Assembly (NCBI GenBank): GCA_017654855.1
Contig: CM030333.1
Coordinates: 3,410,001 to 3,474,000, forward strand
Length of the DNA: 64,000 nucleotides
Reading direction: 5' to 3'
Source: Podospora anserina
Taxonomy: Eukaryota
The notes beneath the pieces are model-generated. The model was given only the letters and a program-made list of their open reading frames with translations. It made no database searches and was not told the DNA's origin. A program made the position numbers and the translations under genes. Shown here piece by piece: positions 34,478 through 48,196 of this stretch. The stretch's first letter is position 1, and every line of letters begins with the position of its first letter.

Positions 34478-34906
34478 GGCAAATTGTCGTCGCCAGAATT
34501 CCGTAGGTGATGATGTCCACCTCAAAATCGCGAATTATCACAACGGCCAAATGCCGAGCTACGTAAGGTCGAGGTCAGGTTCAGGCTAGCTCCCCCCGGC
34601 CCGCCCCAAAACTTTAGCGTGATTTTTGCCGGCTCTTTCCGGCAGTTTCCCTGCCAAGCCGGCCCCCCAAACCCCACCCCCCCAAACCACCCCCAGACTT
34701 TTGGGGAAGCTTTCAAAGCCAGGTAACCCCCTGTCCATCAACCACCACCATCACCAACGCCACCTTTGTATTTCCTCCCCCCCCTAAACATTCACGTTAA
34801 CACGAACAACAACAACAACAACAACAGCATCCTACGATTCACCACCTAAACCACGAGCGCGTCGTATATCCCCCCCCCCCTCAGTAGACCTGCCCCCAAC
34901 CAGAAA

Positions 34907-35465
34907 ATGGCAACCTCCACCGCCCACCGCCGCCTCCTCCAAGAATACCGCGCCCTAACCAACAACCCCCCCGAAGGCATCACCGCCGGCCCCGTAACAG
35001 AAGACGACCTCCTCCACTGGGAAGCGCTAATCCAAGGCCCCGAAGGAACCCCCTTCGAAGGAGGTGTCTTTGCCGCCGAGTTAAAATTTCCGAGGGATTA
35101 CCCCCTCGCGCCACCAACGATGAAATTTCTTTGTGATGTTTGGCATCCTAATGGTAGCCCTCCCCCCTCCCCGAATAAGATAGTATTGGACTGATGATAT
35201 TGATGGAATAGTCTACCCCTCCGGCATGGTCTGCATCTCAATCCTGCACCCCCCCGGCGACGACCCGAACCACTACGAGCACGCGAGCGAGCGCTGGTCC
35301 CCGATCCAGAGCGTGGAAAAGATCTTGATTAGCGTCATGAGCATGCTTGCTGAGCCGAACGATGAGAGCCCGGCGAATGTGGAGGCTGCGAAGATGTGGA
35401 GGGAGAGGAGGGGGGAGTATGAAGAGAGGGTGAGGGAGGGGGTGAGGAAGAGTTTGGGGTTGTGA
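34907..35465 (+). CDS. UBC7: Ubiquitin-conjugating enzyme E2, Ubc7/UBE2G (ERAD)
   Basis: [34 protein letters not shown] with the acidic loop insertion. Intron 35154-35211. Confidence 0.95.
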
Positions 35466-36132
35466 TGAGATGGGAAGATATGGACTTTGGTTTGAGTTGG
35501 GTTGGTTTGATGTTATAAGCATGGCACTGGTTTTGGTGTTTATATGGCGTGGGGTGGGGGGGGGGGGTTGGGTTTTAAAATCTACTGGTTATAATAGCGG
35601 CATGGGAAGGGGAGAGTGATACATAGCGGATGGGAGTATCATGTGTTTTTTGTTCTTTTTGCAAATCTACCCACCTGGTCAGGTCTGGGGTTGGCACATG
35701 GTGTGTTGCTCTTCTCCCAACACCGTTGGCCAAGGGGACTGCTCTTGCTCCTGCCTTGCTTTTTATAGGTCAGGGTTCTGGAGCACCTAGTATCTGAGAG
35801 TAAAGGAGTGCTCCAGACTGGATGGCGCATCGGTCAACCGCGACAGAACGTGGATTCCTTCGCACCGCCGGTTTGGGTCACTCTGATCTCTCGGAAACTA
35901 ACTCCCATCCAGTGAGGCCTTGAGCTGGAATGCCTTAGTTGACGGATCGATTCCTTTTGAGGTTCAATTTTTTGTGGTTTTCCTCTAGCCAACACTATCA
36001 TCCACGACTTCCGCGAGTTTGGTCAAGACCAACCCATACGCAACATGCATGATCTTCTATTCCATTTCTTTTACTCTACGCCTCCCTGAAGAACCAACTC
36101 CATGCTTTACTCCCAATAACTCCCAATAACTA

Positions 36133-39001
36133 CTACAGCTTATTCTCCGCCTTGAACTTATCCCACGCCTCATTCAGCGTGCTAAACACCGTCCCGGCAA
36201 TCATCCTAACCTCCGTCGTCGCGTCTTGTGCAATCTATTCCCGATCACGTTAGCCAACCATCTCCACGTTGCCTCATCCAAGAAAAAAAAAATCGTACCT
36301 TATCAGGATGCGTCTTAGCAATAGCCTTCATGTAAACAACCTTGACTTTGTTCGCCATCACCAGCTCATGCAACCCAACCTTCTTCCACCCGCTCCCCTC
36401 CCACAGCACACCATCCAAGCTCGTGAGCAACGCCCGCAAGTTATCCCTCTTGCCATCCCTCCACGCCGCGATCCTCGCATCGACTTTATCAGCCAGCTGG
36501 AACTTCTCATCCCCTTCCTTCTCAGCAGCTTGATTCGCCTCCCGCAGTCTCCTCACCGCCTCGGCGCTTTTATGACCGGTAGCAGCCGCTGGTCTCGGAC
36601 GAGCTGGGGCAGAAGCCGGTCTCGGAGCGGGTTTCGGCGCAAGCGCCTTCTGGCAGCGTTGCCTCCCCGCCGCGGCGGTGGCACCACCAAGACCAGCCTC
36701 AACACACGTCTGCCAGACGGCGAGGGCGTCAGCCCACTTCTCCATCTGCTCGAGAGCTTCCGCTTTGCGGGTGAGGGCCTTGCCGTACAGCTCGCGCATG
36801 TCTCTTTTTTCGGTGGTGCCGGTTTCGCTTTGGACCTCGACGTGCTCGCCCTCGCCCCTGCCCGGGCCAATGAGCTTGACGGCGTTGTCGGCGTCCTCGA
36901 CCGCCTGGCGGGGTTCGCCGGTTTTGAGGGCCGTGAGGGAGCGGTTGCAGAGCAGGAGGATGGCGAGGGGGTGTTCTTTTGGAATGGCGGCGAGAGAGGA
37001 GGCGTATGAAGCGTGGGCGGATGCGTAGTCGCCGCGCTTGAAGTGGGCGGTGCCTTGGAGACGGTGTTGGGTGGAGGACTGGAGGGCGATTGCTGATAGT
37101 GGAGGGATCTGACGTGGCGGGCGAGCAGGGGCTGGCTTGGGCATTGGTGATGAACGGGCTGCTGCTGGACGAGGGGCGGGTGACGGTTGAGGTGATCGAG
37201 ATGGAGCTGTGGGTCGCGGCTTTGGTGCTGAGGAGGCACCAAACAGCAGGTCTTCTTCCGGCTGCGCCGGTGGTGGCTGTGGCTGTGGTGTCGTCTTCTT
37301 CCTGCGTGCTGGACTGACATAGGCTTGAGCACCCTCGTCCTCGGCCGCAAGCCTGCCAAGTTTGGCACGTGGATCGAGAACTGGCCGGGAGCCTTGCTGC
37401 CACTTTGGTCCTTGGGCACCCGATCCAGGCCGGACCGGGAGGGCTGGAGATCTGTCACGCGATGGCGCGTTGCTGGATGGTCGACTGTCGACACCGGATC
37501 TTCCTGTTTTCCTCGGGGGCGGCCCGCCACCTTCCAACATCACGGCTTCATTCGTGACGTCGGGCGGCTCCCTCCTGGCGCTCCCTCCCGAATGATCCTG
37601 GGCAGACCGCATCCATTTCGGTTGATTCGGGTCACCATCTTGCTGAAGTTCGGCGACGGCTTTCTGTACCTTTTTCTGGCCTGTTTTCCAAAGGCTGTTG
37701 GCCGTCTTGAAAAGAGTGGTACCTACGGCAGCAGCAGTTTTCGCAAAGTCACTGTCCACCATGGAAGCGGGAGATTGGTTGTCTCTACTTCTTGAGGCGT
37801 GCTCCTCTCTTGCCCAAGCAGGACCACCATTCCGTGATTGACTAGAAGCGCGCTCGCCACCGCCTCTGGAGGGCTGTTCTCGCGAGCCGCTTTGTCCCTT
37901 TGACTTGGCCTGCTCCTTGGCCTGGCGGTGGGCATCGTCCAGAAGCCAGTTTACAGCTGCTTGAACATTGAGCCCAGCCCCACTTTCAGTAAGCCCCCTT
38001 CTGGCATTTTCAGGGGTAAATCCGTAGTCCACCAGCTGAGCAACCGCTCTGTCAAAAGGGTCATCTGATGGTCTGGATGGTCTCGAGGGTTGTGGCGGCG
38101 GTGGTGGTCGGTCATCCTCAGAATCCGAAGATGAATCTTCAATGGCCTTTCCGGGTTCGGGCTCTCGCGAGAATGTCGGAGCTGGAGTTGGCTTCTTTTT
38201 GACCTGATCCACTGGCTTACCCAGATCCCCCAGAATGTCAAAGTCATCACCGGCAGGAGGTGGGGGCGCTGGGGTGCTTGATTTGGGCTTGAGCTGGTTC
38301 AGCCCAAACGGGTCGTCGTCGTCGTCGTCACCAAATCCTCCAGAAGTGGGAGCCACAGCTGCTGGCTTACCCCACGCACTTGGATTGCTCAAGTCCAAGT
38401 CTGGCGCGGGCGAAGGAGTATGGGAAGCGGGTGGTGGGTAGTGGCTCGAGTTATCGACCTTGGTGCTGGCATTGAATGCTGCAAACAAATCCTCATCTCC
38501 CTCTGATATGTTTGTTCCCTTTCGTAATCCAGATTGTACGGTCGGTGTCCCTATTTGTGGCGGTGGAGCTAGCCCTGGTGAAGGTGTCCTCAAAGAGCTC
38601 TGGGATCCAGAGAGGTTCCGTCCCAGCGAGTCCAAGAAACGTCCATCCCCAAAGCTCGACTGGGCTTGTTTCCTTCTCTCCTCCTCCTTTCGGCGCTTCT
38701 CTGCCTCCAACTGTTCCTGCCGTTCCTTCAAGCTCAGGTTCGCGTTACTCTTGGCAGGGCCAAAGTTGAGGAGGTTGCTGAAGCTGTCCTGCGCGGGCTT
38801 GGCGGTGGGAGGTCTGGCGCCAGCATTTCCGGACTCCTGGACTGACAGCGGCGTGTTGCGCCCCGAGTTGAAGGGCGAAGGAGTCGGGCGCAGCGAAGGG
38901 TAGAGGTTGGAGGTCGTGGGGTTCGAGATCGGCGTCGGTTGTTGCGCGGGCTTCTTCCCGGCATCGGGAGCTGTCCAGGTCAGGTCGACGAGATCATCCA
39001 T
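36133..39001 (-). CDS. SWA2: Auxilin-like clathrin-uncoating factor (UBA, TPR, J domain)
   Basis: DPF/DLF motifs, UBA (AQLVDYGF), TPR, J-domain HPDK. Terminal intron 36235-36298. Confidence 0.9.
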
Positions 39002-41800
39002 CGTACAAAGTGATTTCGGAGGCGGTCACGGCATCTGGCGTAGTTGGTGAATGACTGCTTGGATCTTGAACAGGGCACACAAAGAGACAACACGTAGTTT
39101 GTTTATCGTGAACCATGCAACAAGCAAGCAATGTATGTTGTAGTTGATGCGCCACACCACCATCAATCAATCGGCCCCTATGGAACACGCATCGCCTGAA
39201 CTCATCCCTGAATGCATGCCACCTGGCTGACCCTGCGTGACCCCGCTAGCTAGCCAGCGTGCCAGCCAGCGTGCCAGCCTTGGGCGCTGAAGGGGCAGCA
39301 ATAAGGTGCGGCGCAAATGTGGGGTCCCGTAAAGGCAAGTCGGCCCACCAGCCACACCTCACCACCGACATCAAACTCCGAAGAGACTGTGCACGGTTCA
39401 CCTGGCTTTCAGGGGAAGAAGAAGGGGTTCAGATGCCAAGACGAGGAGGGTGTGGTCTGGTTGCTTTGCAGAGTGCAAAGACGGGGAATCGTGCCTCGCA
39501 TATTTTCAATATCAGATATCACCATAAATAAACACCGTCATCCGAACAGCCAGCAGCGAAGCTTTAGTGATCAACTAACTGCCTGTCTTCTTGGTGTGGC
39601 ACTAGGAATAGATTTGGATGAAGGCATCGCAGACCATCACACCATCCAACATCAGGCTCGTACTCACACATCATTACACTCGCACTTGCACATCCACCGC
39701 CGATGTCTACAACCAACCTTTATCAACACGTGATCACACTTCCCACGGGCAACTGCGTCAATGTTGATGCGATGCGATGTGATGTGATGTGATGCCACCG
39801 CTGCTGAGGAATTTATGAGCTCTTTTTTCTTGTTGGACCAAGGAACCCGGGAGAGCTCGATGAACGGTTGATCCCAGTGATCTCCTAGCTGATCCTCAGC
39901 ACACGGGAGCGAAATTCAAGGAGAGGGGAAACGGCAAATAACGAGCGGCAACACACGGCACGACCTGCTCTGTTTCACGGTCCACCATCCCACCAACGGC
40001 TGGGCTCATCAGCACCAAGAATTCCCTCTTTGGTAGCGCCGGCAAAGGGAAAGGTGAGCGAACATCAGAAAAGGGGAAACAGGATGCCATTTACGAGGAA
40101 ATGGTGTTTCTTGGGATGTGCCGTTGAGCTCTGGGCAAAAAGACGCCATTTGGGCCTCTGATTGGTTGCAGGTGGGCGTTTGGGATCGGGTGAAAACCCT
40201 GGAATGACTTTTGGCGCAACGACAAGCTTGAAACTCGTTTCAGGAACCATGACCTCTCGTCATTGGCTTGACCCAAAGCCCCTCGCATTTTATCTGGCAT
40301 TGCAGGGTCGGCAGGGCTCAAGGGTACCGGGATACCCCGCTTGATGCAACGGGGGAGAGCGCGCCACTGCGGCCACCAGCGACCAATGCGGCGGGCTTGC
40401 GGCGACTCTTTCATGCAACGGTCTTCCTACTAGGTGAGCACTGCTTCTCCTATCCATCAATCTGATACGAACACCGACACCGCTCACCTCACTTTTCACT
40501 GGACCATGCAGACTGACCAAAAACTGTTGTGACCAGGAGAGAGCGGTTCAACAGCGGCAGGCTAACGCAGGTACAGCACATGTGCTTCCAGGCTGTGTGA
40601 GATGGATGCAGCCAAGGTGCAAGGTGGGTGATGATGATGATTGCGGTGGAGTTGTTTGCGAGAGCAATGAGATTGGACGGCCCAGCGAGAGGGCAATTAC
40701 AGCTTGTCCGACCCAGCATGCAGCCACCGGGACGCAGAGATAACACGTGTATCTGGTATACCTAGCAGTTCAAAGATCACAGGTGCTGCCGTCGTTTCTG
40801 CCCTGACCTCCCGTAACCTCACGACCCGAAATGAAGTGCTCGGTCTGTGGTATATCTTGTCTTGTCCAAGATGATATGATAGCTGAGCACTTTTTTGCTG
40901 TCTTGCTGCTTCCAGAAGGCGGCGGCATTTCCTCTACTCCTCCTACCAAGACCCCCAAGACTCTTAGCTCATTATCATGGGCCGTCTCTGTTAAACACAA
41001 ACTTGATAATACCCAACTACAATTATTAGCAGCACATCCCATACCTTATGGTGACAGATCCTTGGAGCCAGGTTCACCAGCGTCCCCTTAATCCCAACTG
41101 TTAAGGTCTTGGTCACCCCCACCCGGCCAATCACAGACGGCCTTTTTGTGGCTGAGAGCCGCTTCGGGAAAGAGCGTCCTGCGTATACAGCAAGGGGTCC
41201 CTTCCCCTGTCCCGAATTCCAAGGCCCCCGTTTTCTTCAGCGGCTTGGGTTTTATCTTCAGCGTGGGCGCATGTCTTATCTGCCGTCCTCCCTTTGCGAC
41301 AGCTCCCTTCTCTCGCCTTTTTGCGAACGAACCTCCAACCCGACCGAGTCTGTTGACCTGGATCTCCATCCATCCTCTCTCTCTCTTCCTCTCTCTCTCT
41401 CTCCCGCAACAACACTCCCACCCACCGCTCACGCTCACTTCCAACTTTCCCTTTGGGAAAACCACACTCATTTCAAATACTACTCATTCATTCATTCACA
41501 TTTCATTTCTTTTTGTGTGTTGTTTTGCGGGCCTTTCGATTCTTGGTGCTCTTCGTATTTTCTGCGACTTACTTCCCCCCCACCACGACAACGACAACGA
41601 CACAGTTTCCGACAATCTGATACAGAACCCAGCGCAGGTGCCTCCTCACGGTCAACTCGACGTCAGCGACTGCTTCCAGTAACCTCCAGAATTGAGGAGT
41701 GGAAATAGACGTCGTCACGGGCTTGCTCTGAATATCGGGTGGTTGGACTGCTGCGTGCCATTCCTGACAAACGACAACTCGCCTCGACTGGATCGAATTG

Positions 41801-41907
41801 GTATGTTACTCGAAAAAGGTCACTCAGTCAGTCATTGCATGACAGAGCCAACTTTCATTGGCCGCCATGCAATTTTTTCCATCAAAGCTGACCAGATATC
41901 TGTCTAG
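41801..41907 (+). other. Probable 5'UTR intron of the DUF1996 gene
   Basis: GTATGT donor, GCTGAC branch site and TAG acceptor about 190 nt upstream of the ATG. Confidence 0.5.
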
Positions 41908-42099
41908 ATTTGTCGAAACACCAGGATCGTTTTGTCGTCAAGTCCCCTTAGCATCTTGCCTCGAGGAGTTTCTGCAAGGACGGTACTTTCGGCAGCAACT
42001 TCTGAAAAGCATCAATTTTCGACCCTTCTCACACTCCTTAACATCGCAACTCTTTTTGTTTGCAATTCCACCAGAGTCATTCTTTTAAACCCAATCATC

Positions 42100-43745
42100 A
42101 TGAAAGTCACAAACTCTCTCGCCGCGGTTCTCGCCTCCGCCGGCCTCTCTGAGGCCTTCTGGCGCATGGAGTGCCGTGGTCGCGCAGGCTTGGCCCGTTT
42201 GGATCCCATTGTCGCCCCTGGCAGGGTTTCTCAGCACGCCCATGCTATCTTTGGTTCCAGTGGTGAGTCTTGCCTGGCTATGCGATTTGAACGTTGAGAC
42301 TTTGGCGGATGCAAGTAGCTAACGGGGTCAGTACAGGTTTCTCCATGAACTCGGGACACGCTGAGCTAGCTGCTGGCTCGTGCACCTCGTGCGCCGCTGT
42401 CGAGGACAAGTCGGCCTACTGGTCTCCCCAGATGTACTTCAAGCACGAGGATGGCACCTTTGAGGAGGTCACACAGGCGGGCGGTATGCTCGCATACTAT
42501 CTCCTCAACAAGGACGCTGGCAATCCAGACAAGGGTGTCAAGGCCTTCCCCAACGGCTTCCGCATGGTTGCCGGCGACAGCAACCGCCGCAACTACTCTA
42601 TCGGCAGCCGCAACTTCAAGGATGCCGATCCCGAGAAGTCTCTATGGGCCATGCTCGGCGAAACGAGCCAGGAGGATCTCGCCCAGCGTGCTGTCGGCTT
42701 CAACTGCCTCGACTACAATAAAACCCCCGAGGGTGCCTTGGTGCGCCACTATCTCCCCGAGAAGGGTTACCTCGATGGCAACTGCCCCGACGGCATCCGT
42801 TTGGAGCTCATGTTCCCTTCGTGCTGGAATGGCAAGGACTTGGACTCGGCCAACCACAAGTCTCACGTCGCATATCCCGACCTTATTACGGATGGGTGGT
42901 GCCCCAAGGGATTTGACACCAAGCTTCCCAGTCTGATGTTCGAAATCATCTACGAGACCAACAAGTTCAAGGGAATCCCTGGCGAGTTTGTCATGGCCAA
43001 CGGTGATGCTCAGGGTATGTTTTGATGTTTTCCGAACTTGAACAAGTCACTGACAATTGTAGGTTTCGGTTTCCACGGTGACTTCGCCAGCGGCTGGGAC
43101 GAGGAGTTCCTCCAGGATGCTGTCGAGACCTGCACTGACCCCAGCGGTTTGCTTTCGGCTTGCCCCTTGTTCAACCTTCAGAGCGAGGATGAGCAGCGCC
43201 AGTGCCAGATTGAGCTCCCCGAGGATCTCGTCAACGAGAAGGTCACTGGAAAGCGCGGCAAATCTCTTCCCGGAGATGTTCCTATCCGCTATGGGCCGGC
43301 TCCTGCTAATGTCCAGGCCCCAGGAGCGGACCAGACCAGCCATATTCCGGTTCCCACCGTCACCTACCAGCCTGCCGAGTCCTCTGCCTACCAACCCGGC
43401 GGTATCTTCAACGGCGACGCCCCCAGCTCCAACTCGAGCTCAAGCTCTGAGGAGGTCAAGGTCACTGCCCTTGCTCAGCCCGAGCCCGAGCCTGAGCCGA
43501 CCCCTGCTCCCACCCCTACCCCCTCCGAGGCTCCCCTCCCCTCCGGCTACGAACTCGTTCGCACCGAGTATGTCACCAACGGCAAGGTTGTCAGCAAGAT
43601 TGTCGTCATCGAGACCGTCGAGTACGTCATGCTGGCTGCTGCCACCGAGATTGAGACCGTCACCGTAACAGCCACTCTTGATGCCCAGAAGGCTCGCCGC
43701 GGGCTCAACCACCTCCACCGCCACAGGCACGCGGGATCGCACTAA
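42100..43745 (+). CDS. Secreted DUF1996 protein
   Basis: Signal peptide; RLDPIVAPG, HAHAIFG, DKSAYW, FPSCWNG, HGDF; Pro/Ser/Thr-rich tail and His-rich end. Introns 42263-42336 and 43015-43062. Confidence 0.9.
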
Positions 43746-44980
43746 AAAGGCGGGATTGATTTCTGCCTTGTAGTGTTATGATCCATGATCTACCAGCTGC
43801 ACATATGGGTTATGGTCACATCTTTTTTCTATCTCGCCCAGTCTTTTTGAAGAACAGGACTTGCGGGGTGGCTTTTCTTCACTTCTCTTCACTGTGGATA
43901 CTAGGGGATTATTTTGTGGTTGTGTTTTTCTGACATGGAACCTGGTATGGGGAAGGGGGGGTGGTGTGGGTTAAATGGGTGGAAAAATGGGAGCATTCAG
44001 CGAAGGCTTTTTTATTTTATCCAGCATTATGAAATGAAATTGAGGAAGTTTTCTTTTCTTATGAACTATTGCCTCTTGATGTCATGTTGTTATGTGAATT
44101 CCTTTTTGCTTAAACTTGAAGAAGCCTAACAACTGCCGGGTTGTTCTTATCCAAACCAGAGGCCTGCTGCAGGAGGAGGATATCTGCAATGCCGTTGGGG
44201 TAACACTTTATCACAAAAGTCTTTCTCAGAAGACTTTTTGTTACCAGAGTGTTCTTTATTAAATTAAACAAAAAAGATTAAAAATTAAAATATAAAAAAA
44301 TATAAAAAAAACAAAGTAAAAAGAATAATAAAAAAAAAGGTGACTCTAACGTGTATCTCATTGCCATACATCATCAAACCACACCATGACAGTCAACCCC
44401 CCAACCCCCCCCCCCTACCTCCTCCTCCTTCCCCCCTCTCTTCCCTGAAGATCTGGCGCCAGACTCAGCTGCATGATCTCTGGTCACCCCCCTCAACCTC
44501 AAAGGCTCAAATAAAACCAACAAGTCAACAAACAATTGTTTATATCAACATCACTCTACCTACCTTACCTCCACCAACCCATCCCGACAAAAAAGAAATC
44601 CCACATTTCACTCATGTTTACCTCATTTCCCTCCCCCATTCCAGTGCCCATCTCGCCCCCATCAGTATGTCATGACGGCATGTCTCAACTCCCCTCCCCC
44701 ACCCAAGGCCTGGAATGGCGTTGCTCAGCACGACTACATTCCTCTCTCTTTTCTCTCTCTCTCTGCCGACCACCCGACACCTTTTCTTACCACCCCCTCG
44801 CCACCCACTCACCAGCCCTCTTTTCTCCTTCTTTGCATTTTTGCATCACCACCGGGGTTGTGGTTTCACCTCCACCACCATCACCATTACCACCACCACC
44901 ACATCACCACACGCTCCTTTAGCAAACCACACTCCTTCAATCGACCCCCATCATAACCACAGCTCCAACAGCAGCAAAAA

Positions 44981-45949
44981 ATGCCACCAAACAACAACCC
45001 CGCCCCCGGCTCCGGCTCAGCCTCCCAATCCCTTCCCCCTTCCTCCCTTAACCCCCTAACCTCGGCCACCGGAATAGTAGTCATGGCCCTCATAACCACC
45101 ATCTCCCTCGGCCTCGCAATTGCCCTCCTCCTCCTCTACCTCCGCAAGCGCAAACGCTCCGCCCACCGCAGACTCGCCGCCCGCTTAAGCGGCATGCCTG
45201 AGATCCGCGCTGGTGACTCCACAGAAGCTGAACGGTCACACATCACCACCCATGCCCATCAAGAGGGTAGCAGACTCCAAAAATGGGGAAGCAAGGAAGC
45301 GTTCGAGGTTGTTGAGATTAGTGCGCCGAGTCTAGCGAGTATGGCTATTGACGGGGGGGGGCAGAAAAGGGCTAGGTCGCTTCCTGTTTTGTGGGGGGGG
45401 AGGAGAGGGAGGGGGATGTTGAGGCGGTTGACGGAGGAGGAGGAGGAGGAGAGGGGGTTGAGAAAGAAGAGAAAGGGGGGGAACAAACTTTCGAGGAGCC
45501 AATCGTGTGCTTGGCCTAGTGAGATGAAGAGGCTGGGCGAGGGTGACGAGAACAAGGCGGAGGGGGGGTTAGTGAACGAAACTACTGCTGCCGCGGGGGT
45601 TGAGCTGCCTAAACGGAGTTTCTTCCGGGGCGGGTCGTTGAAGGAAAGAGGGGAGAGGGGGTCCTGGCCGGTGAGGGAGTTGACCGGGGGGTTGTCGAGG
45701 GTACATCACACCGTTCATGGGTATCCTTCCGGCGGTGTGTCTGCGTGGGGACGGCAGCAGGAGGAGAAGGAGAGGGAGATTGGGCTTGGGAGTGATAAGA
45801 TCAGGGGGTATGGGTGTTTGAGGTTGGGGCCTGGGTTTGCTGATGGGGCGGGGAGGGTGTTGCCTGAGCCGCCTAGGGCTGTTGTCACGGGGGGACAAGG
45901 GGGAATTGTGAGGAGTCATACTGTTGGGGCTATGGTTGGGAGTTGTGGA

Positions 45950-45985
<36 letters not shown>

Positions 45986-48196
45986 CCTCAAGTGCAGCCG
46001 AGCGTTGTTCCCCCTCCTCCGCCGCATCGGTCGCTGCCTCAGACACCGCCGAGGGCTGTCGCGAGGAGGCGGTCGAGGGCGCAGAGTACCGATTCGACAT
46101 TGTCGGAGATTTTAAAGTCGACGGAGAAGAGGTTGAGGGCCGGGAGTGCGACTGGTGGTGTTGGTCGGGGAAGGCATATGAGGATGGGGTCCTTGAATGC
46201 TCGAACCGTGTCGATGGCGGGGACGAGTCAAGAGTGCCTGCTGCCGAAGAAGGGGATGGGTCACAAACGACAGGACTCTGAGGTGTCGGCCGTGTCTGAG
46301 TCTGATAGCTTGGCTGGTGAGGAGAGCCCGATTGAGAACCCGGCTGGACTGACGTCGCCCAGTCGCAGTGGGCTGGTTCGAAAGCCAGCGCAGGAGCAGC
46401 CCCAACAGGCAGAAAGGCAGGTGGAGATGGTGATCCAATCGCCAAGAAGCTCCATCTCCTCCTCGCTGTCGACAGTCTTCAGTGAGGACGAGATGCCAGA
46501 CGAGGTCAAAAAGGCAATCATGCCGTTGGATGGCTTTGTCGTTGCACCCCAGCCCGCCGCCGGTGTCCAAGCGCCTGCCATGAACGACCCTTTCATCACG
46601 GCGCCAGTTCCTCTGCCGCTGTCCATCAACAGATGTTCCCCCAGCACCATCTCGGTTGGGTTGAGACAACAGCCCAAAACCCAAGGTCTGTTCCGAGAAA
46701 GCCTTGAACGGTCCACCATACAGCGCCGAATGACACTCGCAAGCCCAACCCAAGATCTCATCCTCGCCCCCGGGCCCAGTGTAACCCCTGGCTCAACACT
46801 CATTCAACAACAAGATGATAACATCCCACGAATCCCAGCCGGCCCTCTCTTCCTCCGCCTCACAAAAACCAGCACCCTCAGCACAATCCCCATCCTCCCA
46901 CCTCCCGCCGCCCCCGGCCCGGTCTTCAGCCAACACCAACAACGCCGCAAGACCCTCTCCCCCACCAAAACCGTCTCCTTCGCCGACGACCTCCCCCGAA
47001 TCCACAACGTCCCCCGCCCATCCAAAAAGCCCGGCATCAAAATGTCTCCCTCCCAACACCAACTCCAACTCCAACTCTCCCTCTCCCGCAACGGCAACAG
47101 AGACTCGGCTTACTCAACCTTTTCGGCGGAAAACGCCCCGGCGAGCGTGCTCAAAAGATCGGCAGAGGTGAACAACGCCAGCTTTTTTGCCAACTCACTG
47201 TTGTTTCCTGACCCGCTCAACCTCAAGTCAACAGCGACTTCCCCACCACCAACCACAGCCGCCGGCTCTGAGGGGGAGGGGGAGTCAGAAGATGAGGACG
47301 GTATCCCCCTGGCGGATACTGTCGCCTCGCTGAGGAGGATGAACTCGCAGATGTCGACTTCGAGTGTGACCTCGCTGCATAATGAGAACCCGAACCGGTT
47401 TTCGGGGACTATGCAGAATTTTCAAAAGAGGAAGTCGATTGGGGCGAGGAATTATCTTTCGCTTGGGGGGAATGTTGACACTGCGAGGCGGAGGAAGAGG
47501 AGTCAGTCGGTTGCCAATGGGGGCGGGGGCGGTGGTTTGCATAATAGATCTAACTCCCAGCCTGCCTTGCCGCAGCATAGGAGACAGGGGAGTCGAGGGA
47601 ACGGAGGTGGGGCGATGAACGCCTCACTCAGTCAGACCAGTTTGGGGAGTCCGAGGGTGAGTAGGGAGGTTATTCCGCTGGCGTATCCGGTCGAGAAGCG
47701 GCAGGAGGGGTGGGAGTGGGGTGGGAGTGTAGGGGCGGGGAATGTGTCGCCGCCGCATAAGAGGAGGAAGCCGGGGAGTGTGCATGAGCGGAGGCAGAGT
47801 TTGTTGAGGGTGAGTGTGTTGGAGACGGTGACGGATTCGTCGCCTGGGGTGATGGGTGGTGGTGGTGGTGGTGGTAACAAGGAGAATGATGGGGAGGGAG
47901 GACCGTTCAAGTTGCCGGTGAGGGAGGAGTTTACTTTTCATAGTGGGTATGCTGGGTTGGGGGGGGGTGTGAGTTTGGGGCAGTTTGGGACGCCGAGCAG
48001 GGGGGGAAGGGGGACGGGGACGGGGAGGAATAGTGTGGAGAGTTTGGGGTTGTATGATAGGCAGGGATTTTTGATTACTTCGCCTGTGAGGGGGGGTGCT
48101 GGTGGTGGTGGGAATAATAATGGCGGGTCGCCGTTGAGGGGGTTGATGGTGCAGCAGGATCGGTTGCAGAGTAGTCCTTCGAGGTTGAGGGTTTGA
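44981..48196 (+). CDS. Large single-pass membrane-anchored, low-complexity hypothetical protein
   Basis: Uninterrupted 1071-aa ORF with an N-terminal TM helix followed by RKRKR, a poly-Q tract and Ser/Pro/Gly-rich sequence. Confidence 0.75.

Noticed and set aside
22277-39001. Functional cluster of ER and trafficking genes (glucosidase II, UBC7, SWA2)
   Set aside because: Interspersed with unrelated housekeeping genes. This is ordinary fungal gene order.
44255-44340. Very A-rich tract as a RIP-degraded transposon relic
   Set aside because: Too short, with no terminal repeats or coding remnants. It fits a simple intergenic poly-A region.
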